NCBI GenBank assembly: GCA_009914755.4
Contig: CP086569.2
Coordinates: 7,136,001 to 7,200,000 of the forward strand
Length of the DNA stretch: 64,000 nt
DNA from: the human T2T-CHM13v2.0 reference genome, Homo sapiens
Reading direction: 5' to 3'
Made by a program: the position numbers and the translations under genes. The notes under the pieces were generated by a model. That model ran no database searches. It was not told the origin of the DNA and was given only the letters and a program-made list of their open reading frames with translations. Numbering within the stretch: the first letter of the stretch is position 1; each line of letters opens with the position of its first letter. Shown in pieces: positions 1-12,691 of the stretch.

Positions 1-2489
1 TTCTGATGGGCATGGATGAAATTTGTGCAAATTTCTGTACAACTGATATAATGCTCTCAAACCTGAACATGCTCTCAAATGAGTCTGATGCAGTAAGTCC
101 TGAGCAGGACCTGGGAAATTCAATTTCTAGCTGCACCCCTGGTGAAGTGGGTGTTGCTGCCCAACCTTTTGAATGGCAAGTTCCTGTAGATCTGGTGCAT
201 TGTTAAACATCATACCTCTAGCCATCTGTGGCTAATTAAATTCAAATTTAAAGGACTTAAAGTACAATAGAATTAAGAATTCACTTCCATATATACATCT
301 AGTATGTACCCACAAAAGTTAAAATTAAAAATTAAAGAAAAGAATTCACTTCTTTGGTCACAGTAGATGCATTTCAGTGCTCAGTAGTCCCAAATGGCTA
401 CAGGCTACCTCTTGGCAGCCCAGGATAGAACATTTCCATTATTACAGAAAATTATATGAGACATTGCTAATGTAGAGACTGGTTATCACCCAGGAACATT
501 CAATGACAAAGTAGTAAAAGTAATTTTAATATTTGGAATTCACCTTTTTTTTTGCCTATCAGGTTCTGATTTCTATAAATTTCTGTGCAAGTTGTATAAC
601 ACTTTTCAAAATCAGGGCACAAATATACATCCTTCATTACATGCAGCTCTGTGAATATTCTTAAAAGCCTTGAAATAAAAGAAACTTTAAATTCTAAACA
701 ATTCCTAAAATTGCCTTATTTCGGAACACATTTGTGTATGTATGCTCATATTCTATATGCACGATAGCTATAAAAGTCTACAAATATTTATGTGCATGTA
801 CTCAACATATTTTCATCCTTTCTTACAATTATTTTTACAGTCCTTCGATGAACAAAGGCCAAAAACCTCAGGGCTTTTCAGCAGAGGAACTATGACAGCT
901 GAGTAACCCGGTGGCAATTTGGTCAATCACATTAGAAATCAGAAGTGCATGTTGCCACCAGAGAACGCTGTTATTTTAGATGCACAAGGTTGATCCAATT
1001 CAGAATTCTGGAGTAATGCTCACCTATACAAAAAAGGCACCTCAGGATTTTATTGGCTGAACACAATAGTAGTTTGTTTTTCCTACTTTACTAGCCCTTT
1101 GCAAGTGTTTTCACTTGGGTAGATTTTCTCCAAGTGGTGAGTGAGAGACTCAGGTTTATTGCCAAATTGGTACTCTGCCATCTCCAACACCTGCCTTGCA
1201 AGGTATCCCTGTTTTTGTTTGTTGATTTTTTTGGCCACTGTTTCAGTTTTATCAACTCCAAGGAAAAAGCTCATGGAAGCTCACCCGTGGGAGATTTCCA
1301 TGGGACACACGCTTATACTCACATTTCCTTGGCCAGAACTCAACCAAACAGACACTGAATTCCAGGAGCAGATGGAAAATGTGGTCAGGCTCTAAAGAGG
1401 GAAAAACTGGTTTGGTGTCAGCGAGCAGCATGTAATTATGGCTAAATCTATCTGCTAATGTACATGTCAAACAATGAGAACATTCACCCACTGCTGCTGG
1501 GACCATAAATCAGTACAACCATATTGGAGATCCCTTTGGCACCATCCGTTAAATCAGAACACGACCCACCAATTCCCCTCACTGATATACACTTTAGAGG
1601 AACTCTTGCATACTCTTGTACATACATAAGCATGCCCTTAGCAGTAATGTTTGTAACAGTAAAACCCTGCAACAACTCAGATGTTCACCGTCAGGGGGAT
1701 GGATCTATAAAGTGTGAAATAGTTACATAGTGAAAGATTGTACAAAGGCAAAATGAATAAACTAAATCTATGTGCAGAGTCATGGCTGAATGTCAGAAAT
1801 TCCAAATTGTTGGAAGGGAAAAAAAATACACACTATGCAGTGTGCTCCCAGTGGATATGATTCAAATGCTAGCCTAAGTAAACCATAATATATTGATTAG
1901 GAAAACAGAGCTCTTAGGCAAAATTGTTATGTTTTTATTACACAAAAAATTCAGGAACATATTTAACTTTGACTGTGGGATTTTCAAGGCAGTAGAGAAA
2001 CAAGCCTTGAAAGCAGCAATGAATGAGAAATATTCTCCATTTTTTATGTGGGTGGTTGGATCCACGCTTATTTTATTGGCTTGCTTCTTAACATGCTTTG
2101 CATATTCATCCTTTCACACCACTGCATATTTTCCTTTAAACATACCCAACACTTCACACAGAAAATAAATTAGTTTTTGGTGCAGCGAATCTTTCCTACA
2201 GTTTCCTATCTCCAGTGATTCTTTAGCCTTTAATGGATCTTGCTGACCTAAGAGTGGATTCTCTATGACTGCACTATGCTGTCACCACCATTTTCTGCTT
2301 TTATGCCTCAAAGGGTGGAGACCTCATTCAAACTAAGTCAGTAAGATGGGCCCTGCAAGGAAGAGGCAATTGGAACTTTTTCAGACTAATTGCTTTCAAT
2401 CCCAATTTGATCCCTCTCCCCTCACTGCTATTTTCTTTAAAATCCTGTCTCCTTGGTACTCCCTTAAGACTAAGAAAACATGTATGAAC

Positions 2490-2846
2490 CCGGAGGACAT
2501 CATGCCAAGTGAAATAAGCCAGGCACAGAAAAACACCCTATGATCTCACTTATTTGTGGAATCTAAAAAAATCAAACTCACGGAAACACAGTAGAACAGT
2601 GGTTCCCAGGGGCTTCAGGGTTGGAGATTGGGAAGATGTTGATCAAAGAGTACAAAGTTTTAGTTAGAGAGGAGGAATAATTCTTAGGGATGTATTCTAC
2701 ATCATGGTGACCATAGTTAATACTAAGGTAACATATATTTCAAAGTGGCTAAGAGACTGGATTTTAAATGTTTTCATCACACATACAGAAATAATAAGTA
2801 GCTGATGTGATGAATATAGCAATAGCCCAATTTAATCATTCCACAA
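2490..2846 (+). mobile_element. LINE-1 3'-end fragment (older L1M/L1PB-type), cut at its 3' side by an Alu
   Basis: Sequence 'catgccaagtgaaataagccag...atctcacttatttgtggaatctaaaaa...ggtgaccatagttaatac...' matches the end of L1 ORF2 and the 3' UTR of older primate L1 families. Confidence 0.5.
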
Positions 2847-3137
2847 GGCAAGGCAAGGTGGCTCATGCCTCTAATCTGAGCACTTTGGGAGGCCAAGGTG
2901 GGCAGACCACTTGAGGTCAGGAGTTCAAGAGCAGCCTGGCCAACATGGTGAAACCCTGTCTCTACTAAAAACACAAAAATTGGCGAGGCTTGGTGATGCA
3001 CACCTGTAATCCCAGCTACCTGGGAGGCTGGGACAGGAGAATAGCTTGAACTTGTGATGCAGAGATTGCAGTTAGCCAAGATCCCACCACTGCAGTCTAG
3101 CCTGGGCAACAGAGCAAGACTCTGTCTCAAAAAAAAG
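2847..3137 (+). mobile_element. Alu element, full length with poly-A
   Basis: It starts 'ggcaaggtggctcatgcct...tttgggaggccaaggtggg', has the A-rich linker and right monomer, and ends in poly-A at about 3128-3137. Confidence 0.9.
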
Positions 3138-3146
3138 CAACCAAAA

Positions 3147-3345
3147 ATCAAAGTGGCTAAGAGAGTGGATTTCAAATGTTCTCACCTCACACACAAAACT
3201 AGTAAGTAAGTGAACGGATGAATATGACAATTATCTCAATTTAATCCATCCACAAGGTATGCATATATGAAAATATTACACTGTCCTCCATACATACATA
3301 CATACATTGATTATTTGTAAATTAAAAATTAAATTTATCTGGGTG
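3147..3345 (+). mobile_element. LINE-1 3'-UTR terminal fragment (older L1 family); its first ~110 bp duplicate the segment just upstream of the Alu
   Basis: 'caaagtggctaagagagtggatttcaaatgttctcacc...ccatccacaaggtatgcatatatgaaaatattacac...' matches the L1M/L1PB 3' terminus. About 80% identical to 2740-2846. Confidence 0.5.
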
Positions 3346-3489
3346 CATTAAATTTTACGGTTCACTTTTGCTCACTTTTGAATCACAGTTATTGCTAACA
3401 TAGCACATAGTCTCCTATATCTTTTTTTCTACCAATTTTGAATTTCTAAGTTTCACTCATAATACTGCCTATAGATTTAGTTACTAGGT

Positions 3490-3975
3490 CTGGAGACCCA
3501 GGAGGGCTGATGGTGTGAGTTCCAGTCTGAAGGCCTAAGACCCTGGAGAGCTGAGGGTGTGAGTTCCAGTCTGAGTCTGAAGGCCTGAGACCCAGGAGAG
3601 GCAAGTGTGTGAGTTCCTGACTGAGTCTGAAGTCCTGAGACCCGCGAGAACTGAGGATGTGAGTTTCAGTCTGAGTCTGAAGACCTGTGACCCAGGCTAG
3701 CCAATGGTGTGAGTTGCAGTCTGAGTCTGAAGGCCTGAGACAGAGGAAAGCCAAGGGTATGAGTTCCAGTCTGAGTCTGAAACCTGTGACCCAGGAGAGC
3801 CAATGGTGTAAGTTCCATTGTGATAGCCTGAGACCTAAGAGAGCTGATGGTGTAAGTTCTTGTGTGATGGCCTGAGACTGAGAAGAGCTGATGATATGAG
3901 TTCCAGTCTGAGTCTGAAGTCCTGAGACCCAGGAGAGACAACGGTGAGAGTTCCAGTCTGAGTCCAGTGTGGAGT
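3490..3975. repeat. Minisatellite of ~50-bp period, about 9-10 degenerate units (consensus roughly gtgagttccagtctgagtctgaaggcctgagacccaggagagcyratggt)
   Basis: The motif 'gagttccagtctgagtctgaag(g/t)cctgagacccaggagag' recurs head-to-tail. The 185-aa minus-strand ORF here is a repeat artifact. Confidence 0.8.
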
Positions 3976-3989
3976 TAGGAGTAAAACTA

Positions 3990-4265
3990 TTGTCCCACCT
4001 CAAAGACAGGCAGAGAGAGCAAAATCTTTCTTACTCCATTTTTTTCTTGCTCTATGTGCACCCTCATAACAGAGGATAATCCTTTTTCATATAATGACAT
4101 CTTTTTCTTTGGATAGATACCCAGGAGTGGGATTGCTGGATCTAATGGTAGTTCTACTTTTAGTTCTTTAAGGAATCTCCACACTGTTTTCCATAGTGGC
4201 CAAGAAGCTTTTCTGTTTTCTTGTCTTTCCTCCCTGTTCCCTAATGACACCACCATTGAGCCAAT
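3990..4265 (-). mobile_element. Ancient LINE-1 ORF2 C-terminal fragment
   Basis: The minus-strand translation '[30 protein letters not shown]' matches the conserved L1 ORF2 C-terminal motif ([22 protein letters not shown]). Confidence 0.7.
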
Positions 4266-4269
4266 TACT

Positions 4270-4437
4270 CTGTTACCCACATAAGAGAAGACAATCCACT
4301 CTACTAAGTCTACTGATTTATTCGTTAATCTCAACAAGAATAATAATCATAAACACATCTAGGGTAACATTTGACCAAATATGTGGGAACCCCATGGCCC
4401 AGCTAGGTTGACACATATAATTAACCATGACAATGCC
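4270..4437 (+). mobile_element. MaLR (MLT1-type) LTR 3'-terminal fragment
   Basis: 'agtctactgatttattcgttaatctcaacaag...tttgaccaaatatgtgggaaccccatggcccagctaggttgacacatataattaaccatgaca' matches the MLT1 LTR terminus. Confidence 0.45.
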
Positions 4438-6170
4438 TGTATACATACTTGTGTGCATGTGTATGCATGTATGTATACATGAATCTTACTATGCAAATTA
4501 AGCACTGAACTAGCACAGAATAAAAAATATTATACCTTTTGGTGGAAAGCATTCACTGTAGTAATATTCTGTGGTCATCTGAAAACAGCAACTTTGCTGT
4601 TTCCAAATACAAATGAAAGAATGAAGGATCAGAAAAAAATAGATAATGTTGCCATTTAGCCAGCAATATGGAATGGATAACTGTGATTCCATGTAAAAAA
4701 TCCATGCTTAAATATTGATAAAAGACAAATGGAGCCGCTCTCAGGTGTTTCTGTGTTTTCTGGGCCCCTCATTGCTCAGGAAAAGACGTCACTCTGGTCA
4801 TCCTGCTGTGCCCATGGCATTTGGAGCACCTTCCTCCTGGTAGCCTTGCTGCTGGAAGGGGTAACCAAGACTGCTTCCTCCCTCATGTCCCTCTCTTGAA
4901 AACTTGCATTCCCTGTTTATTTATTTGTCACAATATTTGGACATGTTTACATATTGCTTAAAGATCCTTTGCACCTTCTGCATGGTGGATTCAAACTCAG
5001 CTTCCTTGGCAAAGGTGACAGCCCTTGGCAAAATGCAGTTATTCACTTTAAATAAGTTTTCCCTCTCTACCACCAATGAAACTGTCAGCCTTATCATTCA
5101 GGTGCCACCCACCCAACATGGGAGAGGATGCATTCTTGCTGTTTTGTGAAGATGCAATTGCTACTGTCACTTCACCCAGGCATTCTTTTCACATTGGAAA
5201 GGCGATGGTTCATAAAATTGTCTCTGAATTCATAGAAACTACCAAATAACCTTTAATTTGGCCGGAGATCAAAGACATAACAATCGATTAAACCAAGATG
5301 CACAAGTGGCAAATAAGTTTTATGCTGTATATAAACATGCCCAAATATTGCAATGAATATTATGCATATCATATGCCTTTGGGGTGGTATGGTTTTGAGA
5401 AGCAAGCTTTGCTACAACTGTAATATTTCAAACCATGGTAGAATTTCTCTTTGATGGGGTCACCCAGGTGTCTTATCAGTCAAAACTCGATGAGGCAAAA
5501 AAACAGGGCATGTCTCATCATCTGCGAAATCCAAATACACATATTTCCCACTAATGAATCCCTAATTAGGTCTAATAAAACATTATTCTGATGAACAATC
5601 CCATGGTAAGACATACCATGAAGTGACTCAACACAGCTTGCTCATGTTTTCTGTCGAGAAACCAACAATTAATTTCAGCTATGGAACTTTGCATTTAAAG
5701 CTGGGCGGAGACAATTTATAATAGAAGTAGACTTTAAAACTCAATTTGACAAGTGCCATTTGGTCTGTTCCTTGAACACTAGATTGATAGTTAATGAGCT
5801 GGAGTTTTCCCTCAGCCTGACTGACTTTTGGGCAGGTCACTCGGTTGTAAAGAAGAACTTGCCTCCGTGTTTACAATAGTCAAAGCTCATGAATACCTGA
5901 ATAATAATAAATATTAAAACATTAGTATTAGTAGGTAGTGTCTGTCATAATAGACAAGTCACTTATTTAGGTCGATTATGGTATGCCCATTCTAAACTCA
6001 TATTTGCCATATGAAATATTGGCGAGTATTGGTGCTGACAAGATAGAGATGGTGAAGAGTAGAGAGTGGTCCCAGAAATCTGCATGCACCAGCTAACAAC
6101 TTAACCAGCTGCTTTCTGTTGGATTATTTCTGTACACTCTACTTCACCTTCCACTCTATTGCAGTGATCC

Positions 6171-6692
6171 CCAACCTTTTTGGCATCAAGGAGAGGTTTC
6201 ATGTAAGACAATTTTTATGTGGATCCAGGGCAGGACAATGACATTGGGATGATTCAAGCATATTACATTGATTGTGCACTTTATTTCTATTACTATAATA
6301 TTGTAATACATAATGAAATAATTCTACAACTCACCATCATGTAGAATCAGTTGGAGCCCTGAGCTTGTTTTCCTGCCACTGGACAGTCCCATCTGGGGCT
6401 GATGGGAGACAGTGACAGATCATCAGGCATTAGATTTTCTTAAGGAGCGTCAAACTAGATCCCTCGTATGGGCAGTTCACAGTAGGGTTCATGCTCCTAT
6501 GAGAATCTAATGCCACTACTGATCTGACAGGAGGCAGAACTCATGTGGTTATGTGAGCGATGGGGATTGGCTGTCAATACAGATGAAGCTTTGCTTGCCC
6601 GCCCGCTTGCTTATCACTTCCTGTTATGTGGCCCACTTTGTAACAGGCCATGGAGTGGTACTGGTCCATGGCCTGGGGGTTGGGGATGCCTG
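6171..6692. mobile_element. Nonautonomous hAT DNA transposon, MER1-like, ~520 bp, with terminal inverted repeats and a perfect 8-bp TSD CTCTATTG
   Basis: Termini are 'cagtgatccccaacctttttggca...' and '...ggcctgggggttggggatgcctg' (inverted complement). 'ctctattg' is present at 6163-6170 and again at 6693-6700. Confidence 0.7.
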
Positions 6693-7741
6693 CTCTATTG
6701 GATGAAAATAAATATTACCAAAGTGACCATAGAGGGAGAGATCAGATGACAGGTCTACAAGCAAAGAACACCAAGGAATTAATGAAATTCACCAGAAGCA
6801 AACACAGTGGCAGATTTTCTTTCCAAAGAGAATGAACTGTGCCGCCACCTTGATATCAGACTTCTGCTCTCCAGAGCCATAAGGCAATAAATTTATGTTC
6901 TTTTAAACCATTCATACTACAGAATTTTGTGATGGCAGCCCTAGCAAAATGAACAAACAAACAAACAAACAAAAATACACCCAAGTTTTTTGGTAAACTG
7001 TGTCATGGAGAGAGTGGAAGTTTTGGGAATTTTCACAACCCATCAGACACAGAGGGAGATTGTCCTAAACATTGTGAAGCACACCCCAACATTGCAGGTG
7101 CCCAGAAATACTTATCAGCAGTACCAGTTGGGGATTGCTTGCTCTTATTGACTCCTTAACATTCTTTCCAGCCTTATAATTCAGTTATGATGACATATTA
7201 TGATTTATTATGTCTTATTATAATAAGCAAAAAGACCAATCAAAATATCTCCAACCAAAGTGTTGCAAAATTACAGTATCACATAAACTCAAAAACATGT
7301 AAACATTTGCTCTGAGCTCTGAAAATTTGCTGCCAAACATGAAAGATAAATGATTCCTGAATGTGGGCCCATAAGCAGTCATCAGCCAATTAGACTTTAT
7401 CTTGCATTTCTTCCACTGCCAAAAGGTTTCTTAGTAGCAATTAAGGTTCAGTTCCTCCAGTGAACATTGCAGGGAGGGGACTTCAAGAACCTTTTCCAGG
7501 ATGAGAGCAGGGGATAAGACTTAATGCTTTCATGGAGGCATTGTCATGGATGCCAACGTCCACACGGATTCGTGCACTACAGGATGAGATGTGGTCTTCA
7601 TTGCTCTCACCTCCCCCATCCTATCTGTTTCATGTGTGCATGTTCTCAGCCACTCTTCCTGAGTTCATGCCAGTCAGCCTTTGTTTCCATTGACTGCATT
7701 ATCATGATTGCAGTGGGGACTCCTCTGACTCAAATGGCCCT

Positions 7742-7896
7742 GAAGGCGGTAAACCTTTCTTCCTCCTCCTCCTTCTCCTCTGCCGCCTCCTTTTCCTTTT
7801 TCTTCTCCTCTCTTCATCTTCCTTCTCCTCCTTCTCTTCTCTTCTTCTCTCCCTCAGCCTCCTCTCTTCCTCCTTCTCCTGCTTTTCATCTTTTTC
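7742..7896. repeat. CT-rich simple repeat (tcctcc/cttctc)
   Basis: Direct reading. The 102-aa R/K/E-rich minus ORF and 134-aa plus ORF are artifacts of this repeat. Confidence 0.85.
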
Positions 7897-7998
7897 ACCA
7901 CATGGCCAGGTTGGTCTCGAACTCCTGACCTCAGGTGATCCAACCGCTTTCGCCGCCAAAAGTGCTGGGATTACAGGCATGAGCCCACTGTGTCTGGT
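7897..7998 (-). mobile_element. Partial Alu (left-arm portion only)
   Basis: 'ccaggttggtctcgaactcctgacctcaggtgatcc...gtgctgggattacaggcatgagccc' is the reverse complement of the Alu 5' region. Confidence 0.7.
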
Positions 7999-7999
7999 C

Positions 8000-9355
<1,356 letters not shown>

Positions 9356-9467
9356 AAAGTAATGGATTAATACATTCTAATTATGTCAATTTTTGGAGAA
9401 AAGGGAAAAGCCACATGAAGAAATCATTGCAAACAAGTGAACTCTATGTGATTCAAAGATTAATTCG

Positions 9468-9758
9468 AGCCAGGCTTGGTGACTCACACCTGTAATCCTA
9501 GCACTTTGGGAGGTCAAGGTGGGCAGATCACTTGAGGTCAGGAGTTCAAGACCAGCCTGACCAACATGGCATCTCTACTAAAAATACAAACACTAGCAGG
9601 GTGTGGTGGTGCACAACTGTAGTCTCAGCTACTCAGGAGACTGAGGTAGAAGAATCGCTTCAACCTGGGACACAGAGGTTGCAGTGAGCCAAAATCACAC
9701 CACTACATTCCAGCCTGGGTGACATAGCAAGATTCTGTCTCAAAAAAAAAAAAAAAAA
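9468..9758 (+). mobile_element. Alu element
   Basis: 'gccaggcttggtgactcacacctgtaatcctagcactttgggagg...' with poly-A at 9741-9758. Confidence 0.9.
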
Positions 9759-10382
9759 TTGGATCCTAACTGCTGTTATTTTTTCATTACGTTTATCAAT
9801 GTTGCTTTCCAGTCCACACTTTAAACCCAAGAGTATTTAGAAGCATGGGGAATAGAGACCTAAAATGAAGATTCTGCACTCGTGCAAATCTATTCTCAAA
9901 AAGATCATGTGTCTCTGAGCCTGTCTATGTCGCCGGTTGACTGTGACAGTTCCCTGAATCTTCCTGTGGAATGCAAGTCTCATCAAAAGACAATTAACAA
10001 ATATCTTGAAGCTCTCATATGCAATATTATTATTAAAATGCAAAAGCAGCTGTATCAGTTTGCAATAATATCAGCTTTGTACTTTGTAAATAAAATTGGA
10101 AGAATGGCCGATGTGTGATGACAACTACAAACAAGCCCAATTGGGTTTGTTTTAACATTATGTTAAAATTCCCTATAGATATGGATCTGCTTCTTACCTA
10201 TTTGAGGAACAGAGGGCTACACCCTTGGGATGTCACTGGTAGGGAGAGGCTTGTTGTTTTTTTTTTTGTTTTGTTTTATTCCCTTTTTGACTTTTTCTTT
10301 TTTTCTGACAGATTCAGGAGATATATACATATAATCATTTTATATATATATATATATATATTTAATTTTAATTTAAAAATAA

Positions 10383-10682
10383 GGCTGGACATGGTGGCTC
10401 ATGCCTGTAATCCCTGGACTTTGGGAGGCTGAGGCAGTTGGATTTCCTGAGGTCAGGAGTTCCAGAACAACCTGGCCAATGTGCTGAAACCCCATCTTTA
10501 CTGAAAATACAAAAATTAGCTGGGTGTGGTGGCAGGTGCCTGTAATCCCAGTTGTTCAGGAGGTTGAGGCAGGAAAATCGCTTGAACCCAGGAGGCAGAG
10601 GTTGCAGTGAGCCAAGACTGTGTCACTGCACTCCAGCCTAGGCTACAGACTGAGACTCCACCTCAAAATAATAATAATAAAA
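10383..10682 (+). mobile_element. Alu element
   Basis: 'ggctggacatggtggctcatgcctgtaatccc...' with an (ATA)-rich tail. Confidence 0.9.
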
Positions 10683-10745
10683 TAGAATAAATCTGGTGCC
10701 CTAGATGAATGCCTCACTCTAGTCCCTAAGAAACTTGGAAGTTTG

Positions 10746-10972
10746 GTCAGGAGTTCAAGACCAACCTGGCCAATGTGGTGAAACCCCATCTCTACTAAAA
10801 ATACAAAAATTAGCTGGGCGTGGTGGCAGGTGCCTGTAATCCCAGCTATTCAGGAGGCTGAGGCAAAAGAATCACTTGAACCTGGGAGGTGGAGGTTGCA
10901 GGGAGCTGAGATCAAGCTACCGCACTCCAGCATGGGTGACAGAGTGAGACCCTGTCTAAAAAACAAACAATA
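10746..10972 (+). mobile_element. 5'-truncated Alu
   Basis: Begins at 'ggtcaggagttcaagaccaacctggccaa...' and carries the right monomer and an A-rich tail. Confidence 0.85.
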
Positions 10973-11332
10973 AATTGACAACAACAGCACGTATTCATGG
11001 GGTACATAGTGATGTTTCAATATGTATAATGTACAGTGACAAAATTAGGGTAATTATCATATCAAAAATGATTTATTTTTAATGTAGCCAAACTCCTTTG
11101 GCCTTAATTAGGTCCTGACAACTTGGTCCTGACTGCAGGTTTAGGGCCAGGAGTGGTGAGTCTGAATTGTGTGCGGTTTTCCTGTGTGCCCAGAAGAATG
11201 CATTATTTCTCTGGGCATTCTCCAAATTCTTATTCATCAGAATCCTCATATCTATGCAAGATTTCATGTTTTGATCAAGAAGATATATTCTCCACACAAT
11301 CCTCTTGCCTTTTGTTGAAAATCAGAGTTTTT

Positions 11333-11732
<400 letters not shown>

Positions 11733-11871
11733 CTATTTTTAGGAACTCAAGTGCCTTGTGTATATTCCAAAATTCAGATCTAAATTCCCAATGTATTTCA
11801 TAATTCAGGTGACATTAGATTATGAGGAAATCTTTCAGGTTAGTCAAACATAATCATATAATTATTTTGGG

Positions 11872-12005
11872 ACCAGGAGTGGTGGCTTACCCTTGTAATA
11901 ACAGCACTTTGGAAGGTGAAAGCAGGAGGATTGCTTGAGTCTAGAAATTTGAGACCAGCCTGGGCAACAAGTGAAACCCCTCTATCTCTACCAAAAACAA
12001 AAATT
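11872..12005 (+). mobile_element. Free left Alu monomer (FLAM-like)
   Basis: 'gggaccaggagtggtggcttacccttgtaataacagcactttggaaggtgaaagcaggagg...' with a monomer-length A-rich end. Confidence 0.6.
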
Positions 12006-12659
12006 ATTTTGGGAAAATTTTACATATTGAAAAGCAAATAATAACTACTGCTTTAATTAATGAGGATTATCCTGTAAGTTTTCTATTTTTTCCCACCTTT
12101 ATATCATTTAGAAATATCCATCATAGAAGAAGTTCAGATCAATGATTGCTTTGCAGACGTTGAAGTTACAGTTGGAAAAGCCGCCTTAACTCCAACTGCG
12201 AGGTTAAGTCTAGGTCTTGTTCTCAGTTGTGCTGCCATTGTGTTTTTGCCAGCAGACGTTCTGGTAGAAGAGAGTGAAGGCTGTTATATCCAGGACAAAC
12301 ACAAAAACCGAACAGTGAATTCCTTATTCCTTATTTCTCCATAAAAACAGCTTTCCCCCATACTGTTTCAATCAGGCATTTGCACAGTAAATGACGTATC
12401 ATATTAAGTTAAATATTTGGGTGAATGTGTTAGTAAATTTCCTCCTAGAAATATAGACAACCCTTTAAAATCCATGTTGCTCTATGGATGTACACATTTG
12501 AGTGATTTACAATTGTCAGATCATCAGTTTCTCCACAGCCTGGCATCACAGTGGCTACAACAAATATTAATGAAGTGCTACAAAGCACTTCAACCCAGCT
12601 TCTCTAAGATTTTGCACAAGAAATTGTGGTTGGACTTCTTTAGGCTCCATCTCTCTCTG

Positions 12660-12691
<32 letters not shown>

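Noticed and set aside
3490-3975. Possible CRISPR-like array (regular repeats)
   Set aside because: The units are contiguous degenerate copies of one motif, without the constant-repeat/unique-spacer alternation. The genome context is primate, so this is a minisatellite.
3446-4003. 185-aa minus-strand ORF, plus a nested 91-aa ORF, spanning the minisatellite
   Set aside because: The translation is itself periodic (..LQTQTGTH.. repeated), a direct consequence of the ~50-bp tandem repeat. There is no start context or coding signature, so it is an artifact.
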